From Acanthaster planci (Eukaryota): 64,000 bases of DNA. Shown here in pieces: positions 10,001 to 22,000 of the stretch. The notes beneath the pieces are model-generated. The model worked only from the letters and a program-made list of their open reading frames with translations, did no database searches and was not told the origin of the DNA. Location of the stretch: contig NW_019091362.1 in assembly GCF_001949145.1 (NCBI RefSeq), positions 1,123,838-1,187,837 on the forward strand, read 5' to 3'. Every line of letters starts with the position of its first letter. The first letter of the stretch is position 1. Made by a program: the position numbers and the translations under genes.

Positions 10001-13000
10001 ATCGTTACCCAAACATACATACATGTACTGTGTGCTGGTATGTACAGTACATGGGCTTGTCCAAAACACAGACATGACCTACTATAGGTGTATACTCCTT
10101 TTGTCTAGACTCAGTGAGAATGGAGTCCTTCTTTTGAAACCCATAGTGGTGTAAACTCCACTTTTTAAATTGTTTATTATTTAGGTTTCTGAATCTTTTT
10201 TTTCTGCTTATACCCTTCAGGAGCTCACTTCTCAAAAACTGATATAACAGTACCGGTACATGTAAATTTAGGGGCGTGTACCTGAACCCTCTAAAAATCA
10301 GCCTGACTTCTGTATTAAATCGTGTTGCTCATTTTGCACTCCAACAAAATGGAGCATAAAGCCTTTGTAGGTGAAAAGCATGATGGCTTGGTTTCAGTGA
10401 GCTCAATGGATTGAAATGATTTACATCCCGTAAAGGTAAATTTTTTAATGAATCCACCGCACTGCAGTGCACGCAGAGGGTTAAAAAGTTAACAGGAATA
10501 TTGTTTGCCGACCCGAAGTACCGTGAATGCTGTTACCAAACTTTGAGCGCCCTTGGAAACAATTGTATTGCTGCTTCATGTTCTGAAATTTTAATGGGTA
10601 TTGTCGATGAACTTTTCACAATTGTTCATGCTTTTTTCCCACGCCATTGCGACGTTTACTGGGTCAAGGCATTGCCGGATCATTGTTATTCTTCCTTTGG
10701 GTGTGCGTGTTGTGTTTCTTGTTCCCATCAGAAAAAGCAAACTGGAAAAGGAAATAGTTGAAGGATGGTATTGTGAAACAATCCCCTGAAGCAGTTTTGT
10801 GCCACAGGAATTATTTTTCATGTATCACTTGAAATCAGTATACAGTAAATCAGGCTCAATTATCTTTAAAATGTACACTTATAAACCTTTGTAACAATGA
10901 AGCATTTAATCTACTTAAAGAGCACCTCTAAGGAAAAGCGTGTTTTGTCTGATTTTATCTGTTCAAATGAATATGGAAGCATCCAAATCGAATGCAGTGT
11001 AATTTGTTTTCAGAGCTCAACTACATGTTTAACAAGTTAAACATGTTAAAAAGAGCTTTTTTTTCTATTTATGCCAAGATGCGAATTCTTAATGTAGATT
11101 GCATCATTCTGAGAAAACAAGGGGAACCCTCGCCCTGTGTTCGTAGTGGATAAACCCTCGTGCATGTAACAAATTGCATGTACCGGTACATGTAGCCATT
11201 GTGTGTAGCCATTGTTTGGCATGCATAAGGGTTTATCCACTACAAACACAGGGCAAGGGTTCATTTTCTCTCTTTTCTCAGAATGATGCAAGCTACATTC
11301 AGAATTAGCATCTTGGCACAGAAAAAAAGCCCTTTTAGCTTGAAATAGTTGAGCTCTGTAGACAAATGACACTGCATTCGATTTGGATGCTTCCATATTT
11401 ATTTGAACAGATAAAATCAGAGAAAACATGTTGTCCATAGAGGCGCTCTTTAAAATATAATGTACTGTACAAATGTAGTATGTAGTTTAAAATAATGGTA
11501 CAGTGCAGGACTGCATTGGACCAAAGGGGAGGCTACATGTGTGAAGATATGACACTCTAGGAATAACACTCTAGCCTTACACTTCTCAAAAATAAGTGAA
11601 TAAGTTGTTTTTTTTACAAGTTTCTGAGCAATGAAGATGTTTCATACTGTTGCCCATTTTGGTCATACATGTGTTTACGTGGAGTCACTTCCACACCACC
11701 GAGTTGTGTTCCACAAACTGAACTTTTTTCCAAAGGGGATTTCCTGTAAACTTTAAGTGAACCCAGAAATGTCTGGACCTGTATCCTCCTCTCATTATTC
11801 CCTGAAGCATTTATGTTATTTCCCTTTTGAATGTACTCAGTCCTGCATGTATACATCTACCTCCATAAGTATATGTACTGAGTAGTACATACATTGTACA
11901 TGTACATTACATGTATGTACATGTACATGCACATTACATGTACAGTGGTATAACCAAGTCATTTTTCTACAAAATAAGTTACAACTCATTTTACCACAAG
12001 TCAAGTAAAGTCACATGTCATGTGTTTTCCAAGTAAAGTCCCACATCCTAGGTCTTTTTTTTTCAAGCCTCTGTGTTGTTCAATTTGCACACTTTTTCTG
12101 ACAACCTTTCTTGATGATGGGACCTTCATGAATAATGTTTCTCAAAATAGATTGACTGTCTGCTTAATTTTCCATTGCAACATATATTTGTATTTTGCTG
12201 ACGAAACATTAATATTTATAATGAACACAGACAGTTTTGGTTTAGCGCATATAAAGTAAAGGATCTGGTTGTACATTATTTGGGCCAGTTTCAACAAATG
12301 TAATGTCAAGTTGTCAACAAGTCAAATTTAGTCAAGTAACAACTTGCAAGTCATTTTCTCCCAAGTCAAATCTTAATTTCAAAGCATTTTGACATGAGTT
12401 GTGAGTTCGAGTCAGCAATGCAAGTTGACAACTGTGCACATGTACATGTACTTGTAATTAGTCAATTACTCTGTTTATGTACATTATAATTTACATGTGT
12501 CAGTACTGTACATGTAACATCCAGCACATGCATGCCTTTATCAACTCCAACTGAGTGATATTTGCTACTTAAGCAACCATGTATTAGAAATAGTGTACAT
12601 GTACATATACCTGTATGTACATGTACTAAGGTTTCCATACATAAAATACATTGTATCAAGGTGCTACAAGTGCAACATTTACATTTAGTTCTAAACTCTG
12701 GCTATGAACAAAAAACTGATTTTCTTGTCAAGCAATGTTCAGTGATCATGTGACTGTACGTTTTTGTGTACATGAGTACATGTACGTGCAAATACTCATG
12801 CAAATGTACCCGTAATTTTGCAAAACCGCTGAATATTTACTTGGGTGTCAGACATGGCATCAGCGGCATTCTGTTGTCACCCTAGCTAGTCTGTAATTGG
12901 TCGTCACCGGTGTAACTGTTAGGTTATAAGTCTGCGTTGGACATGTACCAGTACATAATAAAAACAAACCTGTCCATGTTCCGGGTACATATACAGATAC

Positions 13001-16000
13001 ATATATTGTGAATGACAGTATCATACATGTACATGTAGATCACGTGTTGTTCATCAACTGTTCATTAGCAGCAGCAGTAAGTTAAGCCTGGTTTCCATGT
13101 GGACGTAATAAGTTCAGAGAGCAACACAATCAAGATGCAAACTGCAACGCAGATACCGGTAAATGAAAATATGTCAAACCAAAGTGTCACCAATAACCCA
13201 GACATACACAAGGCAGCCCCAGACAGATCGGCAATGTTGAGCCCAGTTCAACTTTGCCGACTGTCTGCGTGGAGTCGCTGAGTAGGCCAATACAAAGACA
13301 CACACTGTCATGACGGGTGCGGTACAATGTTCCTCTCTCTTAGTACCATTCATTTTGTCCATTTTTTCCTTATTACTAGCATATGCAGCCCCAATCGTCA
13401 ACAAAACAGCAGAACATAAACAAATTCTATCAAACTGGAGTATCAGTTTGGCTACAAGAGGCGACATTGCCATCTAAATTAAAGGCAGTTTATGTGAAAA
13501 TTTCTGTGTGTCAGATGCCATTTTGTTTAACTTTCTTGGTGGAATAACGTCACACAGGGCCTCTGCCTCAACCGTCGGCGTTCGTTACGACCTTATGGAA
13601 ATCAGACTTAAGTTGTTGGTCTGTACCTCGCTTAGCAAACATCCTTAATTATATCAACAGCTGTTGTCTCACAATGACTTCATCGGACTTGAAGTGGGAT
13701 TTATATCAGAGTGCAAACACCAGTGCAGTCATGCTGCAGTACTTGTAGCTGTACTGAAGGCCCAGATCCTACATGTATGTACATGTAAATGGTCATGTAC
13801 ACATGTACATGTTCATGCACTGTTTGTCTGAGACTGATTGGTCCAGTCACTATTTATGTCCACGTTTCTTCAGTAAGGCGACTTAAATGATTGCACCAGC
13901 GCACTGCGTTGTGAGCATCACTCTCTGGTAGACACTGCAAAGAGTGATGCTGACAATGCAGTGTACCCATACATGTAATGTACATGTGATTCAACCAAAG
14001 AACCATGAAAGGCATGAAAAACCAGCCTCAGTGTTTTGTATTTAATTGGATCAGCAGTTTCAATCAACAATCGGTGTATAACATTGAGGTTTTATGCAGC
14101 TTGGAATGACATCACAATTTTGCTCATGAATATTGATATTCTCAGCATAAAAACCAATAAGCATCTGAATACCCTTTGAATAGAGAAACAAAATTTACAA
14201 ATGAGGCAGATGGTATATCGAGACACAAAACTACATTTTAAAAGGTTTTATTTAAAAAACTGGTCTTCATACATGCAGTTGCAAGCCTGGATCAAATCCT
14301 TAGTATGTTTCAAATGGACAGCTTAAGTTTTGGATGGGAAATGACTTGTACATGTATTTCGGTGCACAAGGGCCTGTAATTCTGTATTTACATTTGGGTA
14401 ATTCAAGAAATTAGGGGTCCATTGTTTTTGTGTCCCAGTCACACTAACATATGATTTTGTAAATTCAGCACACAATTTCTAATTTCCAAGAGTGATGAAT
14501 TAATGCAAATTGCCTGACAAACAAATACAGTAGTAATAGTTTGAATTAATTCCAGTGATATTTCCATGTCAAATAACAAAGGTCAGACGTAACAGGGACA
14601 CGAAAATGTCACACTTTTGGACCCCTAATTTCTGGAATTACCCATTTAATGTGGGAATGAAAGCATAATCAAAGAACACAAACCAACTGATAAAGCAGTT
14701 GAGTTTTCCAGGTCAGTTCAGCTAGCCGTCTCAAATCTGTTCTTTTTTTTGGGGGGGGGCTGTTGGCGCCAGGACTCCAGGACATTGGGTCAAGGCTAAG
14801 CAGGTCATGTTTAATTAAATATGGGTACCGTAGTTCCAGTGAAACCAATTCAAAAAGTGTCTTTGTTCCTGGGATTTCCGGTTGATATACAGCATCTGTA
14901 GAGCCTGCTACTACATGTACATTGTAAATTGGGGCTAATTTTGGCATTGGACGTACCGTAGTCCTACTGTGGTGTGTAGACCATTCACCAACACAGGTCC
15001 AGCTGATATACATGTACATTCATGACAATTATGCATGTATGAGTCCCAAGCTGGACCAAGAGAGGGCGCAATTTTCCTGGCACCGGAGGCTCCCATGGTT
15101 GGAACTGCACTGTGTTGATTCCTGAACGGCAATGAAATGCATGCATTATGGTCTGGTCACTGCCAACAAACTGAACACCCCCTCCCCTACCAATATGGCT
15201 CTTTTCAACTGATGAGGGGGTGCTTCTGCTCAAAGCGCATTTTGGTCCATCTGTACCTTCATCATTTTGTTGCTGGGTACAAACGATATAGCTGATGCAT
15301 CTGACTAAATTCAGTTTGTAGTTAGCCTCCATGAGCTGTAACTCGCTATACTGTAACCAAACTAGGCAATATGAACAACTATGACCCAAGCTGGATATGT
15401 GGTGCACTCTGACTGGGGTCAAAGGTCATCTAGTAGTTGGTATGCCCAGTGGTCGTTTTATTGAAATTTACTGTTTCTCCCACAATCTTTATCGAATAAA
15501 GGCCCAACTTGGTCAGTGAATGTCTATACCTATCCAGGTCATTTTATGAAAATAAAAGAGCAGCAGCTTGTGTACATTCTAGTTCCCGTATAGTGGTCAG
15601 TTTGGTCAGTTTCTGAAAAACTGACAAAGTGGCTGAGGGGTCTCACTTTTTTCATTGATTTGAGCCAAAATTGGTCAGTTATGGCAGACCTCTTCAGCTT
15701 CACATGCACTGTTTGCAGATTTGGGGCAAAAGGTCACATGGGGATCAGCATGTTGTTATTTACCAAACATGAATAAAGTGCTTTGTTTCCTCACTTTTTC
15801 GAAACTTAGAGTTGGGGGGTCTCGTCAATTTTGTACGGGCTGTTTGCAGATATGGGACAAAGGTCACCTAGTGGTCAGCGTGGTCATTTTCATGCAAAAC
15901 ATGGAAATTGCTTCATTTGATCCATATATGATTAGTTACAGCCTCTGAAGAGCACCTGATTGTGTCTCTGTAAAGGATCGGTCAGCCAGAGGTCAGCAGC

Positions 16001-19000
16001 AGTCATTTCCTGACTTTGATAAACATCCCAAGTGCTATGAACTGACCAGGGCAATATTTGTTTAGTTAAATCAGTGTGGATTTTTGATTATACACTGTGT
16101 GTGTAGAGGAAAGTCAGCAGTCTCCAAATGACCAGCACCACCATCCTGCTCTAGTTTCAGTTTTATGTATTTTTTCTGACTTTTTCTGAGATTTATTATT
16201 AATCAAGTTTTTAGTTATTATTAGCTTATTAGTCGAGTTGCTGAATTGACATGTATTTTGGAAGGATGTTACTTCTTATTAACAATTTACTGCACATGTT
16301 GCCCAGGGAATTATCCTGTGCTGATGGATAACACACTGAATCTGTCAAAATTGAACATTTTGACAGACTCATGATTACACAATCCATTCTAAGGTATATG
16401 TAATACATACCTGCACGTGTACAATAACCTGGTACGTTCCCATTGTATGGTTAGTAGACTCTTTGTGCAAGATTTACAAAGAATGTGCCATTCGCGTGAC
16501 TTTACAGGTAGATGATTTTTCTTGGAAGAACACAGTACTGGTATTTTTAGAACACGTACTGTTAGATTTGGGCAGAACTTATACATTTCTATTAAGGAAG
16601 CATGGAAAATGGTCTACTAGTTGAAATTTGTGTTTTCCTGCTAGTCCTTTTATAACCCAAAGGTTTTTTTGGGCCTTCTTCCTCTGAGTCCCCACAGTTT
16701 GTATGGCCATCATATTGATCATCATGTGCAGATTTTGAGGTTTGATTTTTCTGGTGAAAATTTGGGCCTGGTTTTACTTGGAACTTGGTGGGAATTCCCA
16801 CCCTTGTTCCCCTGACCAGCCCCTCTGTATGACATCAGCGGGCTATTGTGGTTTGTTTTGTTCTCCTGGTTCCCCCCCCCCCAAAAAAATCGTCTCAGGG
16901 TGACAACAATAGGCAAAGAACTCAACTGAAACTTGTCGAAGGTCAATGGCTTACTGATAATAGGGTACACATGGTCGAAGCCAGGTGAATATGTCTAAAT
17001 TATGTTGCTCAAGTTTCTCACCAGTTCCTTGAAGTTGTCATTAAAACTGACTGTTTTCTGATTTTAGCTTCCATATCATGATAATACTTGTAGTGATCGC
17101 ATTATTACATGTACATGATTTCGTTAAAGCGTGGAATTGCATTAGGTTACAATGTAGAAGTTGGTGGATTCCCAAAAATTGTATTACAAATACAAGCACA
17201 TTGTCACAAATCAGATCTGTACGTGAAGCGAAATGGTTTTTGTTCCAATTAATACCAGTAGATTCATTAAAAGTTGCACAAGTGAAAGTTTTCCTGCTTT
17301 AGTTAATTTCCTGTGTTAATTGTTGTTGTTACACTCACAGTGTGACTTTCCATTTTCCATGTACCAGTAGCCTGGACAGAATTGACAGCACTGGCTATGT
17401 TTGTTGGTCGGTGCTTTGCCTTGGGGACTAGCATCTGGCCAGCCAGCAGACTAGTCGGTCAAGGACATGTGAGGGCAATTTATCTTGGCTCAGACTGGGT
17501 CAGGCTATGCCAGCAGGGCGGGCCTAAAGGGGAGTGGTGGGTCAGGCCGGGAGTGAATGGGGGCAGAGAGAACAATGGGGGAGCCTTTTCCCTAAAGAGA
17601 GGCTGTTCCTTTGAAATGAAAACATGTTGTGAGTCTTGTGGTTTGTTAAGGGTTGCCTCCTAGAAAGCAAATAGCACGACTGGTAAACATCAGTCACCAA
17701 CTCCTCTAAAACTTAAAGGCTTTATCCATGGAAGAAGGAAAGCAGTTCCTCCATGCTTTATTTTGTTGGATATGTGACTAAGACCAGGTTTGTCTGATTG
17801 ATTTTCGTTATGCCATGCATTTATATTTATTTCACTGAAAAAATGTAGACTACTTGTGCAGAAGTTTGTTCTCTTTTTTGCAGTGATGGACTCCGTACTA
17901 AATAGAAAGAGGGAAATCCCACAGCTAAATAATTTTTTTAAATAAATGAAAAGGAAAGAAATTCTTAAAGTTTGACTCGAGAAAAAGTTGAATAAGGCTC
18001 TGCCGAACATCCGAATAAACNNNNNNNNNNNNNNNNNNNNNNNNNNNNNNNNNNNNNNNNNNNNNNNNNNNNNNNNNNNNNNNNNNNNNNNNNNNNNNNN
18101 NNNNNNNNNNNNNNNNNNNNNNNNNNNNNNNNNNNNNNNNNNNNNNNNNNNNNNNNNNNNNNNNNNNNNNNNNNNNNNNNNNNNNNNNNNNNNNNNNNNN
18201 NNNNCGAATTTGAATATTCGAATGCAAAATTCATGAAAAGAGAGGGGGAATTTTCCTTTGTTTTAAATGAGAAAAATTGCACGATGGTGGCTTGTTCCAA
18301 ACAAATTCAAATGAAAAGTAAAAGAAACCTTACAATGATTCAAAAGGTACATTATTTATTTAAAAAATTTAAAAGGAATGTACACTTTCAACAGGACAAG
18401 AAGTATCATTCATCTCTTAAATCTTGCTAAATCGTGGCTCATAGTCATGAGAAGCTACTATAATGATTGTAATGTATAACGGTGTGCATGTTCGCAACTG
18501 ATTTCTATATATGGTTTGTTCCTCAACAATCTTCCAGTCGGTACTACCGAATATTCAGATATTCGATCAAATTGAAGGTCGAATATTTGAATAGTAAATT
18601 ATTGGAATTGACTCAGCCCTAAAGTTGAATCCTACCATCAGTTATCTCAAATTTCACAACCACTGATGCATGCATACTCCCATGTCATATATATAACACC
18701 ATGAGGCTGGATCTGATGAATGAGAGCACAGATGTTTTTAGTAGTTCTGATATTTATGTACCGGTACGTGTACATGCAGATTACATGTTTGAGGGTGTAT
18801 TATTTTGTGTGGTTTGTCTTTTGTTTGGACAGATTTCGACAATGACATGAACATCCTGTGCCAGATTTGCTCGGACAGAGCATCGGGGTTTCACTACGGA
18901 GTACACTCATGCGAAGGGTGCAAGGTAAGTTGGTGTCACAAGAGGGCAGTGTTACAACTTACATCATTTTAGGCAGAGCTGTTTATGTTCAGAGTATAGT

Positions 19001-22000
19001 GCCTACTTCAGACTTTGGAACCAGAAGGGTAGTTCATTGAATGTATGTATGCAGTACAGCATGCGGCTACGTCTACAATGTATTGTATGCTAATTGTTCA
19101 TGCGCACTGATGCAGAGTCCACCATTTTGGTTCCAACAATTGAGACGCTCATGTCACAACACCCTCTATAAGTAGCTGTCTGATTTGGGGCAGTTGATTG
19201 GACCTTCTCATCAACCCTCCCCAGACCCCATTGGCCACATGTATCACCAGTCACACAGCTCATTTCTCTCAAACTCAAACACTGTAAACAGGATTCTGGC
19301 TCATTTCACATTAGCTTGCATTTTGGGATTGACCAGAAAACTTGGACACTCACAATACACCACAAACCTAATTACACATTTCTGAAATTGTCAGCAGAAT
19401 CTAGAGTTTAGTGTTTAAAGGAATCCCCTGACTTGTGATAAAAATAATGCACGTTACAGTTTCCCCTATTTAGGATTATTGGCCCATCTTGTAAATTGAG
19501 GACATTTTTTTATTCAGGTTCATGAAGGTTAAGCATCAAGATACATTTTTCAATATTACATGTATGAGTCATTTTGAATTCAAACAAAATTCACAACGAA
19601 ATGCTAAAGTGACTGTCAGTGTATGTGAGAAATTATTTGGTATTAAGTAAGTTATTTTTTGCATTTAGACTTGGTATCGTTTTTTTTACTCTGTTGACAG
19701 TATTTTATGACTCAACTATAGCACCGCAGTGAAGACCTCAGTTTAAATATCAATAGATGGAAAAAAACCACAAAGGGGCGGATGTGTTAGATTCTCAGAA
19801 AATGAAACCTTGGTTGTGGCCAAAATAAGCCAGAAAACCTTCCTCATTTCACCTGTTGATAACAGTTGAAGTTTGGACCCCCCAATGGTGTATCATGTGG
19901 TCATGGACGCTCACAGCAGTGAACCAATGCCTACATGTAGACCACCCAAAGACAATTTGGCCCATTCAGTCAAAATTGGAGGAGAGTTTTACCCTTTTGT
20001 TTTGGTTCATGCAGAAAACCACCAGTTTTATAATTTTGTTGTGTATAATCTGGCTAGCCCTATTGGCTTTGCGCAATGACGCTCGAGGGCACTTTATGGC
20101 TTAGATAGCATGTGGAAAGGTACAGGATGGCCATGAAGGCACTAAACAGCCCAGAGCCTTATTACAATTTTGTTGTGACCACACAGAGGAGAAGTCATTG
20201 GAACTAATAACCTAGTGGTGACAAGTCCATTCAACTCGGCCCAAATTTGTCTAGCAGTGGAGTTCTCTTTAGTTCAGTCCCAGCCCGGAGTTCATTCTCT
20301 TGGGTCCAAGGCAAGCATCATTTGCAGATGTTACATCCTGCATAGTGTAGCGTAATCTAGCTAGTAGATTTACAGAGGTTGTATGCACATGCTGCATGTA
20401 CATGTATGTACATGAGTGCCTGTACAAGTTGCAGTGACTTACCACACAGCGTGTTTGGTGTATGAAGTTCAAGAACACTCAGAGTATTGAACCCCTGTAG
20501 TAATGGCATCCATTGGATTAGTCAACTGCTCAAAAATTGAACAGAATATTTGGCCGTGTTCAGTCATTTCCACACTCAGGGAACACATCCTGGTCACATA
20601 ACAAATGCTTGCCAAACATAATCTTTGCTTTCTCAAGATGGTGATAAACATGAACTAAAACCAGGCAATATCGTAGAACTATTCAGCAGTGGTTCCGGTC
20701 AGTAGTACTCAAATGTTAAACGGTCCACCCTGTAAAATTGATTTTAAAATGAGCGTTAATTTGGAGAGGGAGACATAAAAACAAACTTTGAGTGTTGGTC
20801 TGCATTCTCATGATACATGTAGGGCTTCTTCCGACGAACTGTCCAGCAAAACTTGACCTACCGCCCGTGCCTCAACGCTGACCAGTGTGAGATCAAACGT
20901 AGCAGTCGTAACCAGTGTCAGTCCTGTCGACTCAAAAAGTGCATCGACATGGGCATGTCCAGAAATGGTATGTACAGTTATGGAGTAAAGTTGCAGTTAT
21001 GAGATGAAGTCATTACTGAACAGAGATACCAGTTTTGTTGATGAACTTGATGACATGTTATTTTAGTTGCCATGAATATATTTGGCATGTATATTGAGAA
21101 GCTCTGGGCTTCACTTCAGGCAGTTTGAAATTAAGGAAGAACTGTGTTTTACAGTACATACATTTCTTCAAACGAATGATCCTATTTCCTCTGCAAGATA
21201 TATTGAGGATGTAATAATGTTCTTTTAAAGAATACATTCATATTTTCTGCAGTGAATTGAACGGAGTCATACATTCAAATCATTAACTGTAGTGACAGTT
21301 TTAATTGACTGTCACCATCTTGTGCTACGTTTGCACTGGTTCCAACACAGAAACTTGATAATTGGAGCAGTGTGTGTTAGTCATCTTCCATTGAAACGGA
21401 AAGCACGTAGTGTTAAGTTTTAAGTTCACCTTCTTTGTTTTCCTTAGTTGTCTGTTAATGTCAAAAGGACTGTTTGTTTCACATGGATCCTAATCTCAAT
21501 CAGCAACTTGTCATTGGTTCACTGGCACCAAAACCCACTACATTGATGGAGTGAACCAGCTCACTGGATCCCTGATCAAGACCCAGATCCATGGGAAACA
21601 AACAGGCCCAAAATTATGCTAGCAGCAATGCTAGTTATCAATATTGAAATCTCAGTTACATGTAATTGTTTAGTTTGAGATCGGTTGCACATGTATCAAC
21701 TTTTCAGCTGTTAGGTTTGGTCGAATGTCCAAGAAAGAGAAAGCCAAATTGCAGGCAGCTAGGCAGGAAGTGGTGAGCCGAATCAATCCTGACACTCCCT
21801 CTACTGAGCCCCTCGACCTCAGCCAGTCGTCCAATCAGGACCCGCCAAGTCAAGCTGAACCCAGACGCGACAGTTCTTTGCAGTATCACAAAATTGCCGA
21901 ACTTGAGAAGGGGCACATTCCCAGTGGGAAACGGTCGGCAGTAAGTGCCCTCATGAATGGTGCAGTTACCATCAATGGTTTGTCCAGGAAGTCGCCAAGG

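Noticed and set aside
15416..15428. Perfect DR1 element GGGTCA-A-AGGTCA in the receptor intron
   Set aside because: It lies in a degenerate aaaggtca-rich repeat (similar units near 15728 and 15858), so it is probably repeat-derived; there is no independent evidence of function.
18925..20822. E75B-style alternative first exon between the two zinc-finger exons
   Set aside because: No convincing ATG-containing exon with a phase-0 donor was found.
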